DNA from: a virus
DNA: 64,000 nucleotides
IMG/VR virus record: IMGVR_UViG_3300031760_000051
Location: 2,963-66,962 of that record
Strand: one strand, 5' to 3'
Part shown: one piece after another, positions 54,247-63,014 of the stretch
Layout: each line of letters begins with the position of its first letter
Position numbering within the stretch: position 1 is the first letter of the stretch
The notes under the pieces: model-generated
Databases searched by the model: none
What the model saw: only the letters and a program-made list of their open reading frames with translations
Told to the model about the DNA's origin: nothing
Program-made: the position numbers and the translations under genes

Positions 54247-54629
54247 TTGTTACCCTCCTCAAGACGAAAGTAATAGCTTGGGATCAAATAACCAGAGTCC
54301 CAAGTATCGAAGTATTTACCGTCCTTTACAGTAACCACATGAGTTCCTGTAGCGACGATAAATGTGCCGGTTTTGTGTTCATTTGCAAAGTCGGCAATTG
54401 TATAGCAGTCCGGGCAGGTGTTTGGAAGTAGTTCCTTGACAAACCCGTGTTCTTTAAGGTACTTTTCCCAGACTGTATTTGTATCTCCCCACATTGCTTC
54501 CTGAAGACCTTTAACCGTGAGTTCAGTGTAAACTTTCTCCCAGGTTTTATCCATAGCTTTACATATTGCTCGGATTACACAGTCTCCAGTGTTGATTCCT
54601 CGTGGGTTAGGATTGTACGGAGTGAACAT
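54243..54629 (-). CDS. Uncharacterised cassette protein 1, putative papain-like cysteine peptidase
   Basis: GDCVIRA (Cys), THVV (His), DTWDS (Asp). Confidence 0.7.
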   Translation of the reverse strand: MFTPYNPNPRGINTGDCVIRAICKAMDKTWEKVYTELTVKGLQEAMWGDTNTVWEKYLKEHGFVKELLPNTCPDCYTIADFANEHKTGTFIVATGTHVVTVKDGKYFDTWDSGYLIPSYYFRLEEGNK

Positions 54630-54670
54630 AAAACACCGCCTTTCTTGCTAGATTTGTTTGTCATTGCGAT

Positions 54671-54838
54671 TCACCGCATCTTCTTGTCGAGCCAGTCAGT
54701 CTTAATAGTTGACTTTTCCTTGTAATCATCAACACAATCATCCATGTACCTAGGTAATATACTGTTGATTGCGGTTACGGTTTCAAGAAGTTCGTTTTTT
54801 CTTTTGTTGAGGTCTTCACGTATTTTTGTATCATCCAT
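54671..54838 (-). CDS. 55-aa hypothetical protein (not in ORF track)
   Basis: MDDTKIREDLNKRKNELLETVTAINSILPRYMDDCVDDYKEKSTIKTDWLDKKMR. Confidence 0.55.
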   Translation of the reverse strand: MDDTKIREDLNKRKNELLETVTAINSILPRYMDDCVDDYKEKSTIKTDWLDKKMR

Positions 54839-54944
54839 TTTTAATTTCCCTTTACCGTTTATTCACTTTCAAATAAACAGTGTTTTCTCGTTTTCTCTTT
54901 GGATTTGGGGTGATTTTATGGTAAGCAGAGTTGTTTTATGTTAG

Positions 54945-55232
54945 TTAGAGGATTTCTACGCCGTAAGCTTCTGCAATCTGATGTTCAAGCTTGCAGCCTC
55001 TCGCTTCTTCCCAACCTTCCATGAAGTAAACTGCGTCTACAGTTGACATCGCTTCGATAGCCTTTGAGAAGTACCATACAGGCTTGTTCTGTGCTTCTTC
55101 AGGTGAGTCTGCAAATATAGTATCAATGACCGTATGTCCTTCTGCTTCGAACTTCATACGAAGTTCCATTCTTTCGGCTTCGATCTGTTCTCTTGTCTTG
55201 CCGTTCATCGGCTGTGAAATCATAATTTTCAT
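54945..55232 (-). CDS. DUF4406-like protein
   Basis: MISQPMNGKT..MSTVDAVYFMEGWEEARGCKLEH. Confidence 0.8.
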   Translation of the reverse strand: MKIMISQPMNGKTREQIEAERMELRMKFEAEGHTVIDTIFADSPEEAQNKPVWYFSKAIEAMSTVDAVYFMEGWEEARGCKLEHQIAEAYGVEIL

Positions 55233-55287
55233 TTTAATTTTCCTTTTCCTTTACCGTTTATTCTCGTTTTCTCTTTTTGGTGTGAAT

Positions 55288-55512
55288 TTATTCCGTTACG
55301 TTTTCATTAACGGTTGTTTCAGCGCCATATACTTCCTGTCTAATCATTGAGAGGTTAGCGTCAAGAAGCGCACACTTAGTTGATATTCTGCCTTCTCCTC
55401 TGTAGGCAAGTTCGTTGTGGAATGCTGCGAGTGCTGCATCGTAAGACTCGTAGTCATAAAGAGCCTTTGTGTTGTTGTTCTGTACAATTGCTAAGTAATA
55501 CATAATAATCAT
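55288..55512 (-). CDS. Small hypothetical protein (possible fibre chaperone)
   Basis: YESYDAALAAFHNELA; follows the repeat protein. Confidence 0.65.
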   Translation of the reverse strand: MIIMYYLAIVQNNNTKALYDYESYDAALAAFHNELAYRGEGRISTKCALLDANLSMIRQEVYGAETTVNENVTE

Positions 55513-55528
55513 TTCCTTTCTTTTGAAT

Positions 55529-57268
55529 TTAACTTAAAGTTGCTTTTGGAATACGGTATTGGTATGATGTACTTCCAGAAGCATATGAATAATAAATATT
55601 ACTACCGTCTGACCAAATGTTACTGCCATAAAATGAAGTTAAACCAGACCATGTCTTTGTGCTCCATACATTTGTACCTTTCAGTAAGACGTATTGATTT
55701 GAATTGTATGAATAATAAATATTACTACCGTCTGACCATACATCGTCACCATAGAGTGAAGTTAGACCAGACCATGTCTTTTTAGTCCATGTACTTGTAC
55801 TCTTATCTAAGACGTGAGTTGAAACTTCTGAATAATAAATATTACTACCGTCTGACCAAATGTTACTGCCATAAAATGAAGTTAAACCAGACCATGTCTT
55901 TGTGCTCCATGTACTTGTACTCTTATCTAAGACGTATTGAGTTGAACCAGACGAATAATATATATCATTGCCGTCTGACCAGATATATTGACCACCAAAT
56001 GCGGTTAGACCAGACCATGTCTTTGTGGTCCACGTACTTGTTGTTTTGTCTAATACGTATTGAGTTGTACCGTTTGAATAATAGATATCATTGCCGTCTG
56101 ACCAGATGTATTCGCCCTTAAATAAAGTTAGACCAGCCCATGTTTTTGTGCGCCATACATTTGTACCTTTCAGTAAGACGTATTGAGTTGAACCAGACGA
56201 ATAATAAATATCATTTCCGTCTGACCAGATGCAATTATACGATGGTTTAAACGTAGTTGTTGCTGAAATCCATGTCTTTGCAGTCCATGTACTTGTACTC
56301 TTATTTAAGACGTATTGAGTTGTACCGTCTGAATAATATATATTACTACCGTCTGACCAAATGTTACTGCCATAAAATGAAGTTAAATCAGACCATGTCT
56401 TTGTAGTCCATCTACTTGTACTCTTATTTAAGACGTATTGAGTTGAACCAGACGAATAATATATATCATTGCCGTCTGACCAGATAGCGCTACCATAAAA
56501 TGAAGTTAGACCAGACCATGTCTTTGTAGTCCATCTACTTGTACTCTTATTTAAGACGTATTGAGTTGAACCAGACGAATAATATATATCATTGCCGTCT
56601 GACCAGATGGTATGGCCCTTAAATGAGGTTAAACCAGACCATGTCTTTGTGCTCCATGTACTTGTACTCTTATCTAAGACGTATTGAGTTGTACCGTCTG
56701 AATAATATATATTACTACCGTCTGACCATATGTACTGGGCATCAAATGAAGTTAAACCAGTCCATGTCTTTGTGGTCCATGTCCATGTACTCTTATCTAA
56801 GACGTATTGAGTTGAATAGTTTGAATAATAAATATTGGTTCCATCAGTCCAGATGGAAAGTCCGACGATGGAATTTAAACCAGACCATGTTTTTGTAGTC
56901 CATGTACTTGTACTCTTATCTAAGACGTATTGTTCTGAACCCGTTGAATAATAAATATCATTTCCGTCTGACCAGATGTAGGATCCGAACAAAATTGGTC
57001 CGATACTTCCTACCCACCACGATACACTCACGATTGAATTTATATCATACGATACATTAAAATCAGGTGCTTTGGTTCTTGGCATAGCCTGTAGACTACA
57101 GCTAACGTTAAAGAAATCAACTCCACCACTCGGAATTGTAGCGATATCAGCCGGGAATTCCTCGAATCCGTCACCTGAATTTACAGTACCACCTTTAGCA
57201 GTAATAGCGTCTGCTATGCCTGATTTGGCGCTTACTAATCTTTGTAAGTTTTCAGCTATTGTAGGCAT
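55529..57268 (-). CDS. Tandem-repeat beta-propeller virion adhesin-like protein
   Basis: 12 copies of about 41 aa IWSDGxxIYYSxGxTQYVLxKSTSTWxTKTWSGLTSF; N-terminal IADAITAKGGTV..FPADIATIP fibre motif. Confidence 0.85.
   Translation of the reverse strand: MPTIAENLQRLVSAKSGIADAITAKGGTVNSGDGFEEFPADIATIPSGGVDFFNVSCSLQAMPRTKAPDFNVSYDINSIVSVSWWVGSIGPILFGSYIWSDGNDIYYSTGSEQYVLDKSTSTWTTKTWSGLNSIVGLSIWTDGTNIYYSNYSTQYVLDKSTWTWTTKTWTGLTSFDAQYIWSDGSNIYYSDGTTQYVLDKSTSTWSTKTWSGLTSFKGHTIWSDGNDIYYSSGSTQYVLNKSTSRWTTKTWSGLTSFYGSAIWSDGNDIYYSSGSTQYVLNKSTSRWTTKTWSDLTSFYGSNIWSDGSNIYYSDGTTQYVLNKSTSTWTAKTWISATTTFKPSYNCIWSDGNDIYYSSGSTQYVLLKGTNVWRTKTWAGLTLFKGEYIWSDGNDIYYSNGTTQYVLDKTTSTWTTKTWSGLTAFGGQYIWSDGNDIYYSSGSTQYVLDKSTSTWSTKTWSGLTSFYGSNIWSDGSNIYYSEVSTHVLDKSTSTWTKKTWSGLTSLYGDDVWSDGSNIYYSYNSNQYVLLKGTNVWSTKTWSGLTSFYGSNIWSDGSNIYYSYASGSTSYQYRIPKATLS
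55580..56980. repeat. Coding tandem repeat, about 123-bp unit, about 12 copies
   Basis: Recurrent ccgtctgacca, gaccatgtctttgt and aagacgtattgagttg blocks. Confidence 0.9.
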
Positions 57269-57269
57269 A

Positions 57270-57470
57270 TCACAACACCGCCTCTAATACTGAATTAATG
57301 TTGCCTGTCGTGTTTTCAAGTTTTCCTATCGCTTCACTAATTGTGTCAGTAGAAGAGATAGGGAGGGTGCCAGTTTTGGAGTAACCATCACCTAATGGTC
57401 TCGCGGAAGCACTGGCATCCTTAACATTGTAGTTGACGTTATTAAGCGTCATATTCGAGATATCTGCCAT
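57270..57470 (-). CDS. Small fibre-associated protein
   Basis: MADISNMTLNNVNYNVKD (same motif as 57505..58209); DTISEAIGKLE. Confidence 0.65.
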   Translation of the reverse strand: MADISNMTLNNVNYNVKDASASARPLGDGYSKTGTLPISSTDTISEAIGKLENTTGNINSVLEAVL

Positions 57471-57504
57471 TTCTGACATCCTCCCCTTTAGAAATTATTT
57501 TGAA

Positions 57505-58209
57505 TTAAGACTCGTACGCTGCTGTTGTTGTAGCGGTCTGAGCAGATACTGTTGTTGAAGCTGTCTGTTCAGCAACTGTTGTTGTGAATGTAGCAGGAAC
57601 AGAGATAGAACCTGTTTCGAGTCTTACACCAGTACCTGTGAATGTACCCTGTGTGCCGATTGTTGGTTCGTTAGCAGTTTCGATAATGAGGGTTTCATTA
57701 TTTGCACCGCCTACTGAAACCTTAACTGCATCCCATGTACCTGAAGCATAACCGATAGCTGTACCTGAGATTGTACCTTCTGGTGTGTATGTTGCTTCAC
57801 CTGATGCTGCTGGAGCTACTGTGGCTGTTTCGTCAGTTGATGTAGCTACTGTTGTTGTAGCTGTTGCCGGTGATACTGTTGTTTCAGCTGTTGCCTGTGA
57901 TACTGTTGTTGTGAATTCGATGTCATCAAGATCATGCTGAGCGAGATCACCGAGTCCAGTCATATCGCCAAATTCGTGCCAATAAGTACCGTCGAATACG
58001 AATTCCTTGCTGTTGTAGAATACTGCGTCGTTACCTACAGCAGTTACTGATTCGCCGTTTACTGTGATTGGGTTTGTTGTTGCCTCGTCTACGAGTGCTG
58101 TTGTTGTTGCACCAAGAATCTTGATTGCGCCTGCGAGTGTTTCTCTTGCTACTTCATCCTTGATGTTATAAGTAACGCCATTGTAAGTAAGTTTTGAAAG
58201 ATCAGCCAT
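57505..58209 (-). CDS. Thr/Ala-rich virion fibre/whisker-like protein
   Basis: MADLSKLTYNGVTYNIKDEVAR; EFVFDGTYWHEFGD; YTPEGTISG. Confidence 0.7.
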   Translation of the reverse strand: MADLSKLTYNGVTYNIKDEVARETLAGAIKILGATTTALVDEATTNPITVNGESVTAVGNDAVFYNSKEFVFDGTYWHEFGDMTGLGDLAQHDLDDIEFTTTVSQATAETTVSPATATTTVATSTDETATVAPAASGEATYTPEGTISGTAIGYASGTWDAVKVSVGGANNETLIIETANEPTIGTQGTFTGTGVRLETGSISVPATFTTTVAEQTASTTVSAQTATTTAAYES

Positions 58210-58234
58210 TGTGTTTTCCTCCTATAAATATGAA

Positions 58235-58645
58235 TTAATGTGAAATTACGATGTTCTCCGGGTCTTCAGGGTCGATGTTTGCTGTTACCTTATTATTCCA
58301 GCTATCAACATCTTCGTCCGTGATTTCAGCCGCAGAACCCGCGCTTATGAATCTTAAATCGGCAACAGTATGAACGCCATCGCCAATTTTAAGAGCTGGT
58401 ACTAAGCCATGTTCGTCTGTATCATAGTCGACATAAATGTACATGGCGTTGAGTTCTGAAATGCCTGTCTGAGAATTCCAGTACTCTGTTGTGTTTCTGT
58501 ATACGGTAGAAGTTCCACCGCCACCGCCTCCACCGTTCTGGTAGATAGCGTAAAGAAGTTCCTCAACTCGTGATGCAGGTTTCTGAATACCAGACCCATC
58601 ACCAGTGAGAATTCCATTGAGAATATTCTCAACGTTTGAAGGCAT
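58235..58645 (-). CDS. Virion accessory protein with KIGDG fibre motif
   Basis: PASRVEELL; ALKIGDGVHTVADLRF. Confidence 0.7.
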   Translation of the reverse strand: MPSNVENILNGILTGDGSGIQKPASRVEELLYAIYQNGGGGGGGTSTVYRNTTEYWNSQTGISELNAMYIYVDYDTDEHGLVPALKIGDGVHTVADLRFISAGSAAEITDEDVDSWNNKVTANIDPEDPENIVISH

Positions 58646-58661
58646 TTTGATCCCTCCTTAT

Positions 58662-60398
58662 TTAATAGAAAGCGTCAGGAATAGTCTTGTATGCAACGTA
58701 TGCGTCAATCATAGCTGCAACACAGTCGATTTTGTCTTCCCTTCGCTGTTTAAATAGTTTCCTATTGCCGTTTGTATCTTCGAGTGTTATAGCATTACCC
58801 ATACAGTATTGCATAATCAACTGATCAAATAATAGTATTCTTTCTTCAGCCATATGTTTAAGTTCGCCAAGAGGGACAGATTCTGTCCTTGAACCTTGAG
58901 GAACTTTCACTATGCCGAATGGACCATTTTCCTTCTCCCATCTGTCAACAAACGCCGTAGCATTGTATGGGTCGTATCCAAATGTCCGAACGTCGTAGTC
59001 CATATCCATTATATGATTGTCCACATCGTCATACACTTCCATCATATCAAGAGTTATTCTATCTTCCATTACTATTAACGTATCTTCTCTTTTAAATTCA
59101 TCGTATTTATTCCTTAAAGAAGGAGGGAGATTATAATAGGTTTTGTCAGTAATGTAAGCTCTTGTCTTTACACCAAATTCGCCATAAGAAGTTGGGAACA
59201 TGAATGTAAATGCACAGAAGTCATCACCCATTGAAAGGTCGGCACCAACAGAACAAGCCATTCCTCTGAAAGAATATCTTTTGTCGTGTATTAATGTCTC
59301 TTCGTATCTAAAGAAGTAAGTGTAACCTTCCATAGGTATGCCAAATCTCTTTGCGAGAATATCATTCCTTGTCGCAGGGGCTATTTCCGCTCTCTCCTTG
59401 TCAAGTTCATATACCTCGTAAGTGACTGTCTTACCTAAATTCGGGTTTGCTTTGATCCACATTTCAGGATCGTTGACTTCTTGAATATCGTCGAGACAAT
59501 ACCACCAAATACTTACATGAGGGTTAACATAATCCCCACGTAAAATACTTATAAGTTCCATCTTAATGTCGTCACCGGCACCGTTTCTTACAGTACCTTC
59601 AGATGATGTAGCAATAATAAGGTAATCATCGTTCTTAGAACATCCCTGCTCAATGCCTCCTATAACATCCTCTCGAATATCACAAGAGAGCCATTCATCC
59701 ACAGTAGCAAGTTGTCCTCGATAACCCTGAACCTTTTCAATTGCCATTGCTCGAACCTCGAGTAACGAACCTGTGATAAAGTTTTCGACACCCTTCTTCG
59801 TTGCTGCCAGATGTTTTCTATTCATTCTATTGCCAGTTGTATTTTGAAGTGAACCAGCAGTAAGCATCTTATATAATGGACCTTTTGCTCTAATAATAGA
59901 AGTTCGAATAGGAGATAATACCTCTTCTGCAAGCTTCATTGTTGGAGCAACTGTTATTTGATGTGTTGTTTTACTAACTACATTGAGTTCATAGCTATGA
60001 TGGAACGAAAGGTACATAGATTTTGCAGCACCTCTCGCCACTATCAGATACTGTTTATTTATAAGACGCTTTAGTATTCGTTTAGGATGGTATCTTTTTG
60101 TCTCTGCATCAAATACCTGTCTGTCAACGTAATACCACCAACCGTAGACTTGCTCAGCCCACAATTTGAAAGTGTCTAATAAATGCACATCGTCGCCGTT
60201 AGTAAGAGTAAGTTCTTTTTCGCAAAACTTAATCCAACCTTCGACTTTTTTATCATCGTAGTAAACTTCCGGATCATCTATCAATGCATCTATTCGATTC
60301 ATTTCCATTGAGATCTTTTCATTTACTACTATCTCGCCTCGTAGTACAGCGTCTCTAAACTTACCATAGTACTTAGGCGTCGCTGTATTGGAAAGCAT
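58662..60398 (-). CDS. Terminase large subunit
   Basis: VARGAAKS Walker A, TVDE Walker B, KANPNLG, GADLS, GYDPYNA, KIDCVAA. Confidence 0.95.
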   Translation of the reverse strand: MLSNTATPKYYGKFRDAVLRGEIVVNEKISMEMNRIDALIDDPEVYYDDKKVEGWIKFCEKELTLTNGDDVHLLDTFKLWAEQVYGWWYYVDRQVFDAETKRYHPKRILKRLINKQYLIVARGAAKSMYLSFHHSYELNVVSKTTHQITVAPTMKLAEEVLSPIRTSIIRAKGPLYKMLTAGSLQNTTGNRMNRKHLAATKKGVENFITGSLLEVRAMAIEKVQGYRGQLATVDEWLSCDIREDVIGGIEQGCSKNDDYLIIATSSEGTVRNGAGDDIKMELISILRGDYVNPHVSIWWYCLDDIQEVNDPEMWIKANPNLGKTVTYEVYELDKERAEIAPATRNDILAKRFGIPMEGYTYFFRYEETLIHDKRYSFRGMACSVGADLSMGDDFCAFTFMFPTSYGEFGVKTRAYITDKTYYNLPPSLRNKYDEFKREDTLIVMEDRITLDMMEVYDDVDNHIMDMDYDVRTFGYDPYNATAFVDRWEKENGPFGIVKVPQGSRTESVPLGELKHMAEERILLFDQLIMQYCMGNAITLEDTNGNRKLFKQRREDKIDCVAAMIDAYVAYKTIPDAFY

Positions 60399-60424
60399 TT
60401 TCGGTTCTCCTTTTTATTTTGATT

Positions 60425-61162
60425 TTATGAACTACTTCCTCCGTTTTGTGCTTCGAGCAGCTCACGAAGTTTCTTGAGTTCATCTTCGACATTGTTAAGT
60501 CTTGCATTATCAGCAGGATTATTACCTCTTCGATTAGCCTGCTGAAGTTCATTGTAGTAATTCCTAAGCTGACGTTCATTGCTGATGCGATCTCGGAGTT
60601 CTTTGATTCTAGCGTCTGATAAACCAGCCATATTGCGAATTTCTCTTCCGTAATCAACTCTCGTAGGTTCGTCAGAAATTCCGAGATACTTCTTAGCCTG
60701 TTTTATAGCTAATTTACCTGCTGGTTTCTGAGTGAAATCGTATATGGACTGACCAGTATCAAGAACCTTATCGATTCCGCCTTTGAGCTTCTCAAACTTT
60801 GAAGGTTCTTTCTTTACATATCGTGAAAGACTATCCTCAGCCTGAAGTCTACGAACTCTTTCCATAATTTCTTCGGTAGTGAGTTCGTTTCTTCTTGCAT
60901 AGAGTTCATTTGCATTACTACTTTTGAGCAAGTTCTCTTTTGACTTTGCCTTAGCAGCTGCTTTCTTTGCTTCGGATTCTCTGATCTTCTGCTTCTGGTA
61001 TTCGAGATACTTAGCTCTCCATTTTGGGTTCTTCATATATCTCTTTCGTCCAGCTGGTGTAAGTGAGCCGTCTGGATTCTGATACCTACGAATTCCCCAT
61101 TTCATTCCTTTAATACCTGAGTGATATAACTCAAGTTCTTCTTTAGTTTCAACTGTGAACAT
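60425..61162 (-). CDS. Virion-associated protein with LYHSGIKGMKWGIRRYQN tag
   Basis: N-terminal motif shared with 26592..27278. Confidence 0.8.
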   Translation of the reverse strand: MFTVETKEELELYHSGIKGMKWGIRRYQNPDGSLTPAGRKRYMKNPKWRAKYLEYQKQKIRESEAKKAAAKAKSKENLLKSSNANELYARRNELTTEEIMERVRRLQAEDSLSRYVKKEPSKFEKLKGGIDKVLDTGQSIYDFTQKPAGKLAIKQAKKYLGISDEPTRVDYGREIRNMAGLSDARIKELRDRISNERQLRNYYNELQQANRRGNNPADNARLNNVEDELKKLRELLEAQNGGSSS

Positions 61163-61171
61163 TATATCACC

Positions 61172-61507
61172 TCACGTTCCATAATCCTGGTTCCAGTGAA
61201 GACGAGTTTCGACTTCTTCGACCGTTTCTTTAAGTGCCTGAGATACTGCACTACTCGTAGGGGTGTCAAATCTCAGTTTTGTTTTAGCACATATGAAAAG
61301 TTTGACCGTATCGAGCTGCTGCGGCAAACACTCAAACTCTGACCACTCTGAATCATTTTGAATCGAGAATGGTATTGTTGCCGGTCCGATCCCAAGCTGC
61401 ATAAGCTCGAAGAATAGTCCGTTTATGTGCAGTATAAGAGCCGCGTCAAAAGAATCGTCCTCGAGATTTATTGGAATGAACTTCTTAACATCTTCGAGTA
61501 TGGTCAT
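61172..61507 (-). CDS. Head-tail connector/adaptor-like protein
   Basis: ILEDVKK..FD..LILHIN..LMQLGIGP..KLRFDTPTSS. Confidence 0.7.
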   Translation of the reverse strand: MTILEDVKKFIPINLEDDSFDAALILHINGLFFELMQLGIGPATIPFSIQNDSEWSEFECLPQQLDTVKLFICAKTKLRFDTPTSSAVSQALKETVEEVETRLHWNQDYGT

Positions 61508-61511
61508 TTGA

Positions 61512-62666
61512 TCACTTCTTTCTCTTCTTGTTCTTTTCTTCGAAAGCCTTATTTACTGCATCCTGAATCTTCTTCATATTATCTGGATCGTCGGTAACAC
61601 TACTTGGACCGGTTAATACAGCTAATGGATCTCTAATTTTAGTTTTGTTATCAGGGTTTTCCTTAACTTCCTCGGCAATGTCTTTAGGTCCAGCCGTAGC
61701 AGTATCGAGAGTCTTCTTGCCCATATCGAGGAATGTGTCTGCTACTTTCTTAGCTTCAGGCATCATCTCGTCAACAATTGTGAGAATATCCTTCTGAATA
61801 GCTTCCTGATCTTTAAGCATATCGTCCATAGTCTCTAAAGCTTTATCGCCGTCGCCACTAGTAAACGCTTCCTGAAGGTTATCAAGTCTGTTCTTGAGAT
61901 TGTTTGCGCTTGTGCTGATCTTCGTAGCTCTGTCATAAGTTTCGTCGAGCTTCTTTCTCAGAGCCTCAGCGTTTGCTTTGTTGATGCCCTTTTCAAGCAT
62001 TCTTTCCATGAAGTCTTCTCGAACTTTTTCCCCTACAGTTTTGTCGACAACTTTTGATATAGCCTTACCGATCTTTCCGTATGGTGAATTATTGTTCGAG
62101 ATTTCAGGCATTTTGAGTTTAGTTGCAGCGCGTGCTGGGTTTTTCTTGATAAGTTCTTTGCTTACATCTTTGGAATATTCGGGATCGGTCTGATGAACCG
62201 GTTTTGTGATCTCTCGGGTATACCTATCCATGCGATATCCCTTGCCATTTCTGTCTACTGCGAGTATTCTATCGCCTTTTTCACCAACTTTTTTAAGACC
62301 AGCTCTCGCAAGATGCTGATCAGCGCTTCTGAAACGGATTTCGTCTCTTGCTGATTCCTCGTCGAGTCCAGATTTTTTCAAAGCTTTTACTTCTTTATTC
62401 GTGTTTTTAACAGCCTTAGCAAGTTTTGGAAGTGCCTTTGCTGTAGATGCGATACCTTTAACTTTCTTGTAGGCCTTGGCTGTGGCTTCCATAAGCTTAT
62501 CGTCGAGTGTTTTCTTTCCTGCAAGATAGTTCTTATACTCGTTAGCACTATAGAAATATCGTTTAAGCTTAGTGCCTTTTGAATTCTTCTTGCCGAGATC
62601 TATAACCGCAAAGTACTTGTGACCGTGAGCGATATAATCCGTGTATTCGTTTCTCATATCTCCCAC
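61512..62666 (-). CDS. Lys-rich helical protein with YIAHGHKY..RYFYS N-terminus
   Basis: ORF with GAGGTG SD; in head region. Confidence 0.75.
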   Translation of the reverse strand: MGDMRNEYTDYIAHGHKYFAVIDLGKKNSKGTKLKRYFYSANEYKNYLAGKKTLDDKLMEATAKAYKKVKGIASTAKALPKLAKAVKNTNKEVKALKKSGLDEESARDEIRFRSADQHLARAGLKKVGEKGDRILAVDRNGKGYRMDRYTREITKPVHQTDPEYSKDVSKELIKKNPARAATKLKMPEISNNNSPYGKIGKAISKVVDKTVGEKVREDFMERMLEKGINKANAEALRKKLDETYDRATKISTSANNLKNRLDNLQEAFTSGDGDKALETMDDMLKDQEAIQKDILTIVDEMMPEAKKVADTFLDMGKKTLDTATAGPKDIAEEVKENPDNKTKIRDPLAVLTGPSSVTDDPDNMKKIQDAVNKAFEEKNKKRKK

Positions 62667-62670
62667 CTCG

Positions 62671-62997
62671 TTACTTTACGTCTATAAACTTCTTCATTGC
62701 ATAACCTTCGACGCTGTTAAACTTAACCTTGTAGAAATCACCATCTTCGCCTTCAATAGAAAGTCTTGATTCACCAGGCATTATCGTAACGATCTTTGCA
62801 TCTTTTTTAGGTTCACTTCTTAAGTTAAGTGGACAAGAAGAATTGACAATGCCTCTTTTCGAAGTTTCCTTTTTCACAGGTTCTTCGACTGGAGTTTCGA
62901 CAGATACTGATTCTGCAATAGGTTCTGTAACTTCTACAGGTTCAGGTTTCTTCTTCGGAATTTTATTGTAGTTAACTTTATTCTTTTCATTTTCCAT
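62671..62997 (-). CDS. SH3b-domain protein
   Basis: LNLRSEP..IV..FYKV..VEGYAMKKFI. Confidence 0.8.
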   Translation of the reverse strand: MENEKNKVNYNKIPKKKPEPVEVTEPIAESVSVETPVEEPVKKETSKRGIVNSSCPLNLRSEPKKDAKIVTIMPGESRLSIEGEDGDFYKVKFNSVEGYAMKKFIDVK

Positions 62998-63014
62998 TTT
63001 GAGATCCTCCTATA

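Noticed and set aside
55580-56980. CRISPR array
   Set aside because: Repeats are about 123-bp in-frame coding units with no unique spacers; no cas operon
27807-57268. Diversity-generating retroelement acting on the propeller genes
   Set aside because: No reverse transcriptase seen, no non-coding template repeat, and differences between units are not obviously adenine-specific
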